Positions 17,980 through 28,916 of a DNA stretch of 64,000 nucleotides are shown here, piece after piece; the first letter of the stretch is position 1; the number at the start of each line of letters is the position of its first letter. Both the position numbers and the translations under genes were made by a program. Below the pieces are notes generated by a model, which worked only from the letters and a program-made list of their open reading frames with translations, made no database searches and was not told the DNA's origin. The DNA is from Limosilactobacillus sp. (GTDB lineage Bacteria; Bacillota; Bacilli; Lactobacillales; Lactobacillaceae): assembly GCF_041859915.1 (NCBI RefSeq), contig NZ_JBFLGB010000002.1, positions 2,097-66,096 of the forward strand. Direction: 5' to 3'.

Positions 17980-18786
17980 TTATAGGGTGAGCAATTTGCT
18001 AGGCGTTGCTGGTTCTGCATCATCAAGCCGGAAATCATGACCGACACCAAAATCGTGTTGTTCCATCAGGCTTGCCACGGTTAAATGAGCTAACGATCGC
18101 ATATTATTATGCTGACTTCGGTGACCAAGAAAGATCTCTTTGGTTCGTGGGCCAACCACATTCATTAAGGCATCGGCCCCTTCCTCATTGGACAGGTGCC
18201 CTTCGTCACTTAAAATCCGCTGCTTAAGAGGCCAAGAATAAGGGCCCATTCGTAACATTTCAGTATCATGGTTGCATTCCATCAGGTAGGCATCAGCATT
18301 CTTAATAGTCCCTGCTACCCGATCTGAGACATAACCGGTATCAGTCAGAATACAAAAAGTCTTGTTATCATGGTGGACTTGGTAAAATTGCGGTTCAGCG
18401 GCGTCATGGGAAACCGCAAAGCTTTCTACTTCCATGTCACCAAGGTCAGCAACGTGTCCTGGCGCCAGAAGATGTTTTTGCGCTACGGGAATCTTACCAA
18501 CCCGCTTGGCCATGGCCTTCCAGGTACCAGCATTCGCATAGACATCCATCCCATAACGACGAGCTAAGACGCCCACTCCATGACTATGGTCACTATGTTC
18601 ATGGGTAACGAAGACTGCCTCAACATCTTTCAGAGTTCGCCCAATCTTATTCATTAATTTTTCAATCCGCTTACCACTTAAACCTGCATCGATTAGGATG
18701 CGATGATGGGCAGTTTCTAAATAGGTAACATTTCCCGTGCTTCCACTAGCCAAAATACTATAACGTAAAAAATCATCTTTACTCAC
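17980..18786 (-). CDS. yycJ: MBL-fold metallo-hydrolase WalJ/YycJ
   Basis: LASGSTGN and THEHSDH motifs; position in wal operon. Confidence 0.93.
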   Translation of the reverse strand: MSKDDFLRYSILASGSTGNVTYLETAHHRILIDAGLSGKRIEKLMNKIGRTLKDVEAVFVTHEHSDHSHGVGVLARRYGMDVYANAGTWKAMAKRVGKIPVAQKHLLAPGHVADLGDMEVESFAVSHDAAEPQFYQVHHDNKTFCILTDTGYVSDRVAGTIKNADAYLMECNHDTEMLRMGPYSWPLKQRILSDEGHLSNEEGADALMNVVGPRTKEIFLGHRSQHNNMRSLAHLTVASLMEQHDFGVGHDFRLDDAEPATPSKLLTL

Positions 18787-18799
18787 GTTAAACTACCTC

Positions 18800-19639
18800 T
18801 TATTTTTCGATTGAACTTATATTGACATTGTCTGGACTGCTCTTCATCAACGTACTATTAAAGGCATTTACCCGCAGACGTTGAACCGTGTCGGCGTTTT
18901 TAGCCTTTACCTCAACGACCCAGGTTGGAATATAGACGGCCTGGTCATGACTATTAGTGACTAATAATTTTGTGTAAGTCAGCTTTGCCCAACGAACTTG
19001 GGAGTTATTAGGAATTAGATTATGCTTATAAAGCCAAGTTACCGCGTGTTGCTGGCTAATAATTGGAGCTTGTGGTCGCAATATTCGTCGATTTTCCAAG
19101 TAAGTCTGCGTATAACCAGTTACTGCACCATTGTTATTAAGGTGAAATCGTAACTGACCATCCACTGATTCGAGTGGTCGATGAGCCAACTGTTGAGTGT
19201 AAACTATCGTCTCATGATCAGATAACTGAGCATCATAATGATATCTATTTCCTAAAGCAATCAGGTGGGAGTTATTAACCAAACGTGCTAGGCGCTTGGT
19301 TGGATGATGACGATCAACCTTTATCGGATCATCAAAGCTACTAACTAACTCATCAGAGTTAAAATGATAACTTTGGTCGCGTAACTTGGCAGCTTGTGAG
19401 TCTAGCTCTCCATTATCTCCAGAACGACTACCTGCAAAATAATATCCCAAATGTTGATGATTAGATAGAGGTTTGCAGCTAATAGCATCAGTCTTCATTT
19501 CCTTAATAACCATCGTTGTTTGGTGAGAACTACTGTTAGCAATCGTAAAACGGTTTTGAAAGAAGAGTGATCCCGCTACAATCAAGTCAAAAATCAAGAA
19601 AGCAAATAAAAAGATCCATTGAATACGTTTAAAGTTCAT
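18800..19639 (-). CDS. yycI: WalK regulatory protein YycI
   Basis: MNFKRIQWIFLFAFLIFD N-terminus; operon position. Confidence 0.88.
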   Translation of the reverse strand: MNFKRIQWIFLFAFLIFDLIVAGSLFFQNRFTIANSSSHQTTMVIKEMKTDAISCKPLSNHQHLGYYFAGSRSGDNGELDSQAAKLRDQSYHFNSDELVSSFDDPIKVDRHHPTKRLARLVNNSHLIALGNRYHYDAQLSDHETIVYTQQLAHRPLESVDGQLRFHLNNNGAVTGYTQTYLENRRILRPQAPIISQQHAVTWLYKHNLIPNNSQVRWAKLTYTKLLVTNSHDQAVYIPTWVVEVKAKNADTVQRLRVNAFNSTLMKSSPDNVNISSIEK

Positions 19640-19653
19640 TATTTGCCTCCTCC

Positions 19654-20949
19654 CTACTTTAAGAGTGCGGTGTAATTAACCCACTTACCATGATACTTAG
19701 CAAAGTATGTTGGCTCCATCTTAACCGTTTGGTGGTTTGTCGGTTCGGTTTTCCATTCATAGCCAACCCGTAAATCAGTAATGTCTCTAAAATGACTACT
19801 ATTATGCAATTGATTAAGGACACTGTTGGTTGATGGTAATCTAACGGTCGAACCGTCCAAAGGTAATGGTACTTGAACAGTGTAAAGACTCATTAAGTAA
19901 CGTTCTACCCCATTAGCATCAGCTTGAAGCTTGGCTCCACCATAGTTATCATCATTAATAATCGGGAAGCCTTCCACATAACTACGATAGGTAATTGTCC
20001 GACCATGATTCGTAACCTCGTCAAACCGAACATTATTCAAAGGCATCCCTGTCTTTGTCAAAGCATGATAAAAATGTGAATACAGTTGATTAATATTATT
20101 TTCGTTAGACCGGCCAACTTCATTCTCATAGTTTACGGTTCCGCGAGCAGAGTCATAAACCAAATGACGGTTAGTACCGTCCGTGTAGACAACATGGTTA
20201 CCATCCTGGTGAGTAGTGAAGTTAGCATGTTGGGTAGTACTCATCAGGTTAGCACTGAGACTACTAATTTTCTGGTCACTAATTTGGTATGCCAGCCTCG
20301 GCAAGGCAAAAGAATGAAGATAAACCATCACTGCATGGCCATTAACAATGCGGTGGTCAACATTGATCGGCGTCAGGCCATGCATATTCGTTACTATTTT
20401 TTGGGGATCACCTTTAGCAATCCGAACTCGATAAACACCATAGTGATAGTCACTGAGTAAATAAAGCTCCCGCGACCCATCTAGGGGAATCACAATATGG
20501 TTAATTCGTTTAACCCGGCTGATGTCAACCGATTGCTTAAAAGTTTCATTAAAAACCGTCCCCGGAATGTTATCTGGATAGCTTAACATTAATGAATCAT
20601 GGTGACGCAGGTAGCTAAGATAAACATCGCTGTTGTTGGTCTTAACGGTGCTGGTCCGCCCCAGTTGCCAACTAGCTAATTTTTCTTTGGCTTGATAAAT
20701 TAGATCCTTATGTTGGCTATAAAGAAGCTGTTGATCACCATCATTATTCGTCCTAACAATCATTGTTGGCAAATAAACATCACCAATCGACTGAGCAGCC
20801 AACTGCTGATTGTTTGTACCATTCTCCCGATGAAAATAATCGGATTGAAAGGGATTAGTCCAAACAATTCCCGACAAAAGGAGACTGACTAATACAACAA
20901 TGGTCAGTGCAATTGATAACCAGTTAGCTCTTAGCTTCTTGATCATCAT
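19654..20949 (-). CDS. yycH: WalK regulatory protein YycH
   Basis: N-terminal TM (LVSLLLSGIVW), YVEGFPI; start refined to ATG 20949 with SD AGGAGG. Confidence 0.88.
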   Translation of the reverse strand: MMIKKLRANWLSIALTIVVLVSLLLSGIVWTNPFQSDYFHRENGTNNQQLAAQSIGDVYLPTMIVRTNNDGDQQLLYSQHKDLIYQAKEKLASWQLGRTSTVKTNNSDVYLSYLRHHDSLMLSYPDNIPGTVFNETFKQSVDISRVKRINHIVIPLDGSRELYLLSDYHYGVYRVRIAKGDPQKIVTNMHGLTPINVDHRIVNGHAVMVYLHSFALPRLAYQISDQKISSLSANLMSTTQHANFTTHQDGNHVVYTDGTNRHLVYDSARGTVNYENEVGRSNENNINQLYSHFYHALTKTGMPLNNVRFDEVTNHGRTITYRSYVEGFPIINDDNYGGAKLQADANGVERYLMSLYTVQVPLPLDGSTVRLPSTNSVLNQLHNSSHFRDITDLRVGYEWKTEPTNHQTVKMEPTYFAKYHGKWVNYTALLK

Positions 20950-22804
20950 CCCAATCATCCTCCTCTTCATATGGCACGTATGGCAACGAGATATAGAAGG
21001 TTGAACCATGACCCTCAACACTGTCAACCCAAATTTGGCCACCGAGCATGTTAATAACTTCCTTAGAAATGGCAAGTCCTAATCCGGTACCGCCCTGCTT
21101 ACGACTGCGTGCCTTATCTACTCGGAAGAACCGGTCAAAGATCCGTCCTAAGTCCTTACGAGGAATACCTAGGCCTTGGTCGGCAATACTCATAATGACA
21201 TGATTATGAGTTTCTAATAGGCGAACGGTAATAATCCCGCCATCAGGTGAGTACTTGATTGCGTTATTCATAATATTATCAATTACCTGGGTAAACTTAT
21301 CAGTATCAATTTCAACCCAAAGATCTTTCTTAGTAAAATGCCGTTCAATAGTGTACTTCTTCTTAGTCGTCTCACCATCGTCCTCTTCTTTTTTGATGAT
21401 CATATCGAACCGGTTCAAAATATAATTCAGTAGCTCTTTAATGTTGACGTACTCAAGATTAAGCTTGGTCGTCCCGGCATCCATCCGTGATAGGCTAAGA
21501 AGGTCATTGATCATCCGGATCATCCGGTCGGTTTCTCCCTGAATAACTTTTAAGAACTTCGGTGCAACCTGCTTGTCTTTCCAGGCTCCGTCGCTCAGGG
21601 CTTCAACGTAAGAATGTACACTTGTTAGCGGTGTTCGCAACTCGTGCGAAACGTTAGAAACAAATTGCTTTCGTTCTCGCTCTTCCTTCTCTTGGCTGGT
21701 AACATCATGCAGAACACAGACCAAACCGGAAACAAAACCAGATTCACGCTGGATCGGTGAAAAGTAGGCCTTTAGGATCAAATTATTACCCTCATTGGAC
21801 ATATCAATGATCATTTCACGCTGCTCGGTATTAACCAATTGACGCACTGTATAGTCATGGCGAATATTGAGAACATCAATGATCGACTTGCCAATCAGGT
21901 CGTCCTCATGGTCCACTCCCAATAATTGAAGAGTCATATTATTGACGATTGTGACATTTCCCCGTCGATCGGTTGCTAAAACGCCATCAGACATATGGGA
22001 AAGGACACTGTCCAGCCGCCGTCGTTCAGAGTCGGTCGATTCTTGAGCTTCTTCCACCCGCACGGACAGATTGTTGACTGCCCCAGCAAGCTGGCCCAGC
22101 TCATCATTGCCTAAGACTCGCACTTGACCAGAAAAGTCACCACGGGCAATGCGTAAAGCCTGTTTACGCATTTCTTCAATTGGTCGGGTTATTTCCTGGG
22201 AAATAATAATTGCGAGGATTAACCCAATGACAATGGTAATCAAAGCCGCGGAGAGGTAAATCAACGTAATGCTATTGATGTTGGAATAGACCGTCTCTAG
22301 ACTAGCCCGTAAGTATACCGCACCGATCACATTATTATTACTGTTGTCAACTAGTGGAACCACATTGATATAATAACGAGTATGGTTGGCACTGTCATAA
22401 ATATTCTCTGAATGTGACCGGTTATTCATTAACGTCGCTTTGACGGCTTGATCAGTCGACTTTTGGCCAACCGTTCCTCGATTATTGGCATTGCTGGTTC
22501 CCCTGATCGTTCCCTTGTTGTCAATAACCCGAATCTCAGAAATATTATTGTTATTGACTTCCGAAAGGATTTGGCGAATCTGGTGGTTAGCTTTGCCGGT
22601 ATTGGAACGAGTCAACTGAGTACTTAGTGAGTTGTCTACGTAGGATGGCAACTCAATTGATTGCTTAAAAGTATTTAAATTCTGATGTTCCAACTGACGT
22701 ACAAAAGCCGCCCCAACACATTCCAGCGTTAACATCAACATTAACGCGAATACGAGGGCGATTTTAAAACGAATCGATTGATAAAATTTTAATTTGCTGT
22801 TCAC
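20924..22804 (-). CDS. walK: Sensor histidine kinase WalK
   Basis: HAMP, PAS, SHELRTPL H-box, NAIKYSP and GGTGLGL. Confidence 0.96.
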   Translation of the reverse strand: MNSKLKFYQSIRFKIALVFALMLMLTLECVGAAFVRQLEHQNLNTFKQSIELPSYVDNSLSTQLTRSNTGKANHQIRQILSEVNNNNISEIRVIDNKGTIRGTSNANNRGTVGQKSTDQAVKATLMNNRSHSENIYDSANHTRYYINVVPLVDNSNNNVIGAVYLRASLETVYSNINSITLIYLSAALITIVIGLILAIIISQEITRPIEEMRKQALRIARGDFSGQVRVLGNDELGQLAGAVNNLSVRVEEAQESTDSERRRLDSVLSHMSDGVLATDRRGNVTIVNNMTLQLLGVDHEDDLIGKSIIDVLNIRHDYTVRQLVNTEQREMIIDMSNEGNNLILKAYFSPIQRESGFVSGLVCVLHDVTSQEKEERERKQFVSNVSHELRTPLTSVHSYVEALSDGAWKDKQVAPKFLKVIQGETDRMIRMINDLLSLSRMDAGTTKLNLEYVNIKELLNYILNRFDMIIKKEEDDGETTKKKYTIERHFTKKDLWVEIDTDKFTQVIDNIMNNAIKYSPDGGIITVRLLETHNHVIMSIADQGLGIPRKDLGRIFDRFFRVDKARSRKQGGTGLGLAISKEVINMLGGQIWVDSVEGHGSTFYISLPYVPYEEEDDWDDDQEAKS

Positions 22805-22817
22805 AACTGCTCAGCCT

Positions 22818-23525
22818 CTAATTTTGATCTGGATTTGCTAAGTAGTAACCAACCCCACGCCGAGTAATTAACCATTGTGGGTGGCTCGGATTATCCTCAA
22901 TTTTTTCTCGCAGTCGACGGACTGTAACATCAACAGTCCGCACATCACCAAAGTAATCATAACCCCAAACAGTTTGCAAAAGATGTTCACGATTGATGAC
23001 TTGGCCAATATGCTGTGCCAAGTAATGAAGTAATTCGAATTCACGATGAGTTAGGTTAATGTTTTCGCCCCGTTTAGTAACTGTATAGGCTTCGGGGTGA
23101 ATTGTTAAGTCACCGACTTGGATGTCAGTGTTTTTGTCTTTTTCGGCTGGTGCTTTAAGGGTTGCCTGCCGCCGTAAGTTAGCCTTAACCCGTGCTACTA
23201 ATTCCCGATTAGAAAATGGCTTGGTAACATAATCATCGGCCCCGAGCTCTAAGCCAAGAACCTTATCTAATTCAGAGTCCTTGGCAGTTACCATAATAAT
23301 TGGCATGGTGTGCTTAGCCCGGACCCGTTTGGCAACCTCTAATCCATCAATCTTCGGCAGCATCAGGTCCAAAATAATTAAGTCGGGATTATCGCTTTCA
23401 ACCTTCTCGAGGGCTTCTTCACCATCATAGGCAGTTACAACCTCGTAGCCTTCTTTTTCGAGATTAAATTTAATAATATCCGAAATTGGTTTCTCGTCAT
23501 CGACGACTAGTATTTTTTTTGCCAT
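22818..23525 (-). CDS. walR: Response regulator WalR/YycF
   Basis: [20 protein letters not shown] and [16 protein letters not shown]. Confidence 0.96.
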   Translation of the reverse strand: MAKKILVVDDEKPISDIIKFNLEKEGYEVVTAYDGEEALEKVESDNPDLIILDLMLPKIDGLEVAKRVRAKHTMPIIMVTAKDSELDKVLGLELGADDYVTKPFSNRELVARVKANLRRQATLKAPAEKDKNTDIQVGDLTIHPEAYTVTKRGENINLTHREFELLHYLAQHIGQVINREHLLQTVWGYDYFGDVRTVDVTVRRLREKIEDNPSHPQWLITRRGVGYYLANPDQN

Positions 23526-23693
23526 CTCAAAATCCCCTCCACTGGGTGATTGACTTAAACTTAAACTAAACTTAATAACCGTGTCCCTATTATAGCACAG
23601 CTAATTTCTTTTACATTTATCGTGATTTAGGGTTGACATCCATTGCCTTGAATGGTAAATTAATAAAGTACCTTGTTAAGAGGTTATATTAAT

Positions 23694-23766
23694 GGGCAGT
23701 TAGCTCAGCTGGCAGAGCAACGGACTCTTAATCCGTGGGTCCAGGGTTCGAACCCCTGACTGCCCA
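23694..23766 (+). tRNA. tRNA-Lys (CTT), copy 1
   Basis: 73-nt cloverleaf; gggcagt/actgccc acceptor stem; anticodon loop ctCTTaa; GTTCGAA T-loop. Confidence 0.95.
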
Positions 23767-23831
23767 TCAGAGGTTTACAGAGATTGGGGTTTTCTCAATC
23801 TCTTTTTTTGTTACATTGACGAGGTAATTTA

Positions 23832-24011
23832 ATGACAAAGACCGCACTTAGCGAAATCCAAGTTACCATGGACGTAATTGGTGGTAAGTGGAAGCCACTA
23901 ATCCTTTGCTACTTGGAACACGCACCAAAAAGGCATTCACAAGTCGATGTCCCATTGACTAATCAGGAATGGTACGACCTTTACTTAGCGGCTGGTTATA
24001 AGCTACCATAA
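23832..24011 (+). pseudogene. Fused remnant: HxlR-family regulator N-terminus joined to an aldo/keto reductase C-terminus
   Basis: 59-aa ORF: ..TMDVIGGKWKPLILCYL.. followed by ..LTNQEWYDLYLAAGYKLP*. Confidence 0.6.
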
Positions 24012-24133
24012 GTTTTTCTGGTCTTTTAATTCATAACTGGTAAGAAGGATAGCCTTTCTCACTAGTTTTTATTTTAAAAACTCTTGCCAAGCTAAACTAA
24101 ATCTGTTATTATAATAATTGTTGTCAATGACAT

Positions 24134-24206
24134 GGGCAGTTAGCTCAGCTGGCAGAGCAACGGACTCTTAATCCGTGGGTCCAGGGTTCGAACCCCTGAC
24201 TGCCCA
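24134..24206 (+). tRNA. tRNA-Lys (CTT), copy 2, identical to copy 1
   Basis: Same 73-nt sequence as 23694-23766. Confidence 0.95.
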
Positions 24207-24334
24207 TTATGTGCACCTGGATAGGTGCTTTTTTATTTTTAAATTTTAATAGGACCTGGTGAAAAGATGTCTCTTCATCAGGTCCTTCTTCATTTTAAAA
24301 ACTAATATAACTTAATTTTCAGCTACTAATAAAG

Positions 24335-25231
24335 CTACTTTTTATTCTTATCTTCATCCAATAATTCCATGTGTGCCTTAGCCAGCTCACCTTCTTGATC
24401 TGGAGTCATCGTTGGATAAGCCAGTGGCAACTTTTCAATCCGCTTAGTAATGATATCTGATACGATTAGGCGTGAGTACCACTTATCATCAGCTGGAATC
24501 ACGTACCAGGGGTTCTCTTTCGTAGCTGTCGCGTTGATTGCTCGGTTATAAGCCAGCTGGTATTTTTTCCAATACTGACGTTCTCGAATGTCGGCAGCAG
24601 AAAACTTCCAATTCTTTCGTAGTGTTTCAATCCGGGAAAGGAAACGGTTCTTTTGCTCATCCTTTGAAACATGAAGGAAGAACTTTAAAATCATATAACC
24701 ATTACGACTTAAATATTTCTCATATTGGCGAATGTCCTCATAACGACCCTCCCAAAAGTCTTTGTTAACATCCAGAAGGGTAGTTATTCCAGGTAGGTTC
24801 GCATTTAGGATCAATTGGGGATGAACCTGAGAAACCAACACATCCTCATAATAAGAACGGTTAAAGACGCCGATTGAACCCCTCTCCGGAAGAGCGGCAT
24901 TAATTCGCCACAGGTAGTCGTGCTGAAGCTCCCTGGTAGTCGGTTGCTTAAAGTTGGCCACTTTAAAGCCGACCGGGTTAACTCCAGAAAAAATATGACT
25001 AATCATACTATCTTTCCCGGCGGCATCCATCGCCTGAATCACCACGAGCACTCCATAGCGATGACGGGCATACATTTTCTTCTGAGCATTTTTAATTTTT
25101 TTAACATTAGAATTAATCGTCTGCTTGATCTTATCAAGTTGGTCGGAAGAATCTGCCACCCAAGTTGGCGCCTTCTTAATGTCAAAATTATCTTTTGTAT
25201 AACGATACTGTTTGGTATCCATTCCCTTCAC
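24335..25231 (-). CDS. ppk2: Polyphosphate kinase 2 family (class III-like) phosphotransferase
   Basis: QAMDAAGKD, HDYLWR, FNRSYYEDVL, WKFS and PADDKW motifs. Confidence 0.9.
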   Translation of the reverse strand: MKGMDTKQYRYTKDNFDIKKAPTWVADSSDQLDKIKQTINSNVKKIKNAQKKMYARHRYGVLVVIQAMDAAGKDSMISHIFSGVNPVGFKVANFKQPTTRELQHDYLWRINAALPERGSIGVFNRSYYEDVLVSQVHPQLILNANLPGITTLLDVNKDFWEGRYEDIRQYEKYLSRNGYMILKFFLHVSKDEQKNRFLSRIETLRKNWKFSAADIRERQYWKKYQLAYNRAINATATKENPWYVIPADDKWYSRLIVSDIITKRIEKLPLAYPTMTPDQEGELAKAHMELLDEDKNKK

Positions 25232-25408
25232 TTCCCTTTCAACTCCATTTTAGCATAGCATTTAATGATAACTTATTTTTTAGGAAATTAAGGAAAGGCT
25301 CAACTCATAAAAGTAATAAAATATCTAGACTATAATATTTTTTCTATAATTCATAATAGGCAAGCAACTGAGTTCATCCCCAGCTGCTTGCCTATTTTTA
25401 ACAACTTT

Positions 25409-25717
25409 TTAAATCAATTGATTACTGGAAACCGAATGCTGACTACGCTTAAGTTTACTAATCTGACCTTCGTGACCATCATTGACAATAAATTGATCAA
25501 CTGCACCACAATGTTCACAGGACACCATAATCTGATAACGTTGAGAATTGTCGTGGTTGGTTGCCATCCAATTACGTTCAGCAATGATTAAAGGAGAACG
25601 ATGACATTTATAGCATGGCACCTTTAACAAACGATTTTCACGGAAGTCATCACCGGTCTTGCCAACCATTCCCCACCGATCTTCACTTCGGACACGATCA
25701 AAGTTATTATAAAACAC
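25409..25717 (-). CDS. Hypothetical zinc-ribbon-like protein
   Basis: GTG start with SD AGGAAG; CYKC...CEHC. Confidence 0.55.
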   Translation of the reverse strand: MFYNNFDRVRSEDRWGMVGKTGDDFRENRLLKVPCYKCHRSPLIIAERNWMATNHDNSQRYQIMVSCEHCGAVDQFIVNDGHEGQISKLKRSQHSVSSNQLI

Positions 25718-25729
25718 TATATTACTTCC

Positions 25730-26932
25730 TTAGTATTTAATCGTATGAGCCCGCTGCATTCGTACAACCAATAAAACAACTACTTCCATGGCAAAGATAG
25801 AAAGAGCACAAATGATGAAAAGAACATGGTAAGAAGCAGCCCCGATGACTAGGCCTCCAAAGAGCGGGCCAAATGCCTTCCCTAATGAGGAAAAGGCATT
25901 AAGAATTCCTTGATACTTTCCCTTGACCTCGACTGGTGAAAGACTGTTGACAATCGCCGGCATCGTTGGAAACGCCGTTGCCTCGCCAATCGTCAAGATT
26001 ATCATAGCAATCACAAACCAGAGATAGTTAGTCGCAAATAAGAGTAACACAAAGGATAGGCCAACGGTGAAAATTCCAATATAAACTTGCACATAGGGAT
26101 TATTATAAAAGCGATTCAACCAGGTTAATAGCAACTGGATAATTACGATCAATACACCGTTTAATGTCCATAATAGGCTGTACTTAGTCATCGAAATTCC
26201 TTGCTCAGTCATGAAGACGGATAGGTTACTGGACCATTGCTCGTACATTGTCCAGACGATACATAAGGTGATGAAGAAGACCCAGCAGATCCATAGGTTA
26301 GCACGTGGAATTTTAGTAACTGCCGGTTCATCACTTTTAAAACGCGCCTCATCGACCGGCTGTGGATGTGGATCCTCGTGAAAGAAGAAAAATACTACTA
26401 AGGTAAAAAGAATGTACAGCACTGTCGTAATTAAGAAGAGCGGCCCAATATTTCCGTGAGCTCCCTGGTAGAGGGGACCCACAATCGTAGTTCCGATCAC
26501 CATTCCCAGGTTATTAGCAAAATAGAGCATATTAAAGACGTAACGCCCATCCATCCGCAATTTCGTGCCGAAAGAATTGACCATCGTAATGATCCAGCCG
26601 TTAAAAAAACCGATTGCTGTCAAAAGAATGGCGTAAATGGGCCAGTCATTAAAGAAGATCATTGTGGCGATCACCAGGGTTGCAAGAACTGTGCCCCCCA
26701 GCATCAGGTATCGTGGATTTCGTTTATCGAATAACAAGCCACTAATGTAGCTACCAATCACATTTGCTCCCGAATAAAATAATAGGACAATTCCGGAAAC
26801 GGTCAGTGACTCGTGCAGTTGATTATGCATATAAATAGTTGTTAATGGCCAGACAAAGCTGTTACCGATGCTACCAAAGAACATTCCTAATAACAGCCAT
26901 TTTAATTCGATTCCCCTTGTTTGATGGCTCAT
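25730..26932 (-). CDS. MFS transporter
   Basis: 12 TM pattern; GLLFDK.NPR loop and KGKYQG. Confidence 0.9.
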   Translation of the reverse strand: MSHQTRGIELKWLLLGMFFGSIGNSFVWPLTTIYMHNQLHESLTVSGIVLLFYSGANVIGSYISGLLFDKRNPRYLMLGGTVLATLVIATMIFFNDWPIYAILLTAIGFFNGWIITMVNSFGTKLRMDGRYVFNMLYFANNLGMVIGTTIVGPLYQGAHGNIGPLFLITTVLYILFTLVVFFFFHEDPHPQPVDEARFKSDEPAVTKIPRANLWICWVFFITLCIVWTMYEQWSSNLSVFMTEQGISMTKYSLLWTLNGVLIVIIQLLLTWLNRFYNNPYVQVYIGIFTVGLSFVLLLFATNYLWFVIAMIILTIGEATAFPTMPAIVNSLSPVEVKGKYQGILNAFSSLGKAFGPLFGGLVIGAASYHVLFIICALSIFAMEVVVLLVVRMQRAHTIKY

Positions 26933-27025
26933 TTTAGCGCCTCCTTAACTTATTTAATTGCAAGCGAACGAAAAGAGCCCTCCAGTTATAGCTGAAACGC
27001 TCCTTCTCATATTCCTTATTATATA

Positions 27026-28411
27026 TTATTGGTGGTCTTCTGGCACGTAGGATACAGAAGCAAACTTGTTATAAGACTTAGCAAATAACAATTTAACCGT
27101 TCCCCGTGGACCACTCCGGTTCTTCTCAATAATGACCTCAACTTCACTAACGTTGGAATCATCATTGCCTTGACCCTCTTGCTGATTATCATTGTCATCA
27201 TCGTCATGCTCATAGTAGTCATCACGGTAAAGGAAACTAACGATATCAGCATCCTGTTCGATTGACCCGGACTCACGAATATCAGATAAAACCGGTCGTT
27301 TGTCCTGACGTTGTTCAACACTCCGGGATAGCTGGGAGAGGGCGATTACCGGGACCTCCAACTCCTTGGCAAGACGTTTAAGTTGGCGGGAAATTTCCGA
27401 AACTTCTTGCTGACGATTATCAGGATTATTACCCTCAATCAACTGCAAGTAGTCGATTACGATCAAGCCCAAATTCTTATTTTCCTTTTTTAAGCGTCGA
27501 CAACGAGCCCGAATTTCAGCAACCTTAATGCCAGCCGTATCATCAATATAAATCTGAGCATTTGATAGGGTTCCTGCCGCAAAAAAGAGACTTTCCCACT
27601 CATCAGTGGTTAGGTTCCCTGTTCGGAGGTGATTGGCATCAATATTCCCCTCCGCGCACAGCATTCGGTTAACCAGTGATTCGGCACCCATTTCCAAGCT
27701 GAAGATGGCTACGGCCGTGTTGGTCTTGGTTGCAACGTTTTGGGCAATATTAAGAGCAAAAGCCGTTTTCCCCACAGCCGGTCGGGCAGCAATAATAATC
27801 AGTTCATCCGGATGGAAGCCAGTCGTCATTTGGTCAAGCTGTGGATACCCTGTTTCCAAACCAGTAATTTCCGAGTCATTGCTCGACAACTTTTCAATAT
27901 GGTTCATCGATTGGTTGAGAATGGTTTCAATATCTTGAAAGCCATTCTGGTCGTTGGTTTCCGAAACGTGAAGAATTGACTGCTCCGCCTGATCTAACAG
28001 TTCCGTAGTGTCATTATCGTCTGCATAGCCTTCATTAATAATCTTAGTGGCCGTGTCAATTAAATTGCGCCGGACCGCCTTATCATGAACAATCTTGGCA
28101 TAGAAAGTGACGTTGGCCGCAGACGGTACTGCCGAAGCCAACTCGGCTAGATAAACCATCCCGCCAACATTTTCAGTCTGTTTATCCTTATCTAAGGCAC
28201 TCTTAACCGTTACCACGTCAATGGGCTGGTCATCATCATTTAATTCCATCATCTTTTTAAAGATAATTTGATGGGCCCGCTTATAAAAATCGGCGGGTTG
28301 CAAATATTCCATTGCATCAGCCAACGCGTTCTTACTTAAAAAAGCAGCTCCAAGAACTGCCTTTTCAGCTTCAATATCGTGTGGTTCTTCTTGCACTGGT
28401 GCATTATCCAT
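27026..28411 (-). CDS. dnaB: Replicative DNA helicase
   Basis: AARPAVGKT, FSLEM, IDYLQL, LSQLSR and DIRESGSIEQDAD. Confidence 0.97.
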   Translation of the reverse strand: MDNAPVQEEPHDIEAEKAVLGAAFLSKNALADAMEYLQPADFYKRAHQIIFKKMMELNDDDQPIDVVTVKSALDKDKQTENVGGMVYLAELASAVPSAANVTFYAKIVHDKAVRRNLIDTATKIINEGYADDNDTTELLDQAEQSILHVSETNDQNGFQDIETILNQSMNHIEKLSSNDSEITGLETGYPQLDQMTTGFHPDELIIIAARPAVGKTAFALNIAQNVATKTNTAVAIFSLEMGAESLVNRMLCAEGNIDANHLRTGNLTTDEWESLFFAAGTLSNAQIYIDDTAGIKVAEIRARCRRLKKENKNLGLIVIDYLQLIEGNNPDNRQQEVSEISRQLKRLAKELEVPVIALSQLSRSVEQRQDKRPVLSDIRESGSIEQDADIVSFLYRDDYYEHDDDDNDNQQEGQGNDDSNVSEVEVIIEKNRSGPRGTVKLLFAKSYNKFASVSYVPEDHQ

Positions 28412-28458
28412 GACGATACCTCGCTTTTTGAAATTGAAATTTAATTATAACGGTAATC

Positions 28459-28911
28459 TTACTTTTCCGCAATGTGCACCCGAATCTCAGCCGTTACCTG
28501 TGGATGAAGCTTAATTGGTACATTCACATAACCGAGAGCCTTGATCGGTGCTGCCAGTTCAATCTTTCGCTTATCGATCTTAACCTGGTATTGCTTTTGT
28601 AGGGCCGTGGCAATCTGCTTAGTCGAAATTGAGCCAAACATCCGACCGTCAGTACCAGCCTTACCGCTTAATTCAACGACAGTCTTATCATCTTCCAAAA
28701 TTTTCTTCAAGCGTTTTGCCTCAGCCAATTCTTCAGCAGCGTGCTTCTTTTCAGCCCGCTGTTGACCAGCCAGTTGGCTCATGGCCGCCTTCGTAGCTTG
28801 CTTGGCTAGGCCCCGTCTGATTAAGTAATTTTGAGCGTAACCATCTGGAACATCCTTTACCTGACCACGCTTACCGCGGCCACGAACATCTTGAACAAAA
28901 ATAACTTTCAT
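28459..28911 (-). CDS. rplI: 50S ribosomal protein L9
   Basis: MKVIF..DV.G.GK.G..GYAQNYL. Confidence 0.96.
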   Translation of the reverse strand: MKVIFVQDVRGRGKRGQVKDVPDGYAQNYLIRRGLAKQATKAAMSQLAGQQRAEKKHAAEELAEAKRLKKILEDDKTVVELSGKAGTDGRMFGSISTKQIATALQKQYQVKIDKRKIELAAPIKALGYVNVPIKLHPQVTAEIRVHIAEK

Positions 28912-28916
28912 AGTCT

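Noticed and set aside
23694-24206. Active integrative element between the tRNA repeats
   Set aside because: Both tRNAs are complete and there is no integrase; at most a scar
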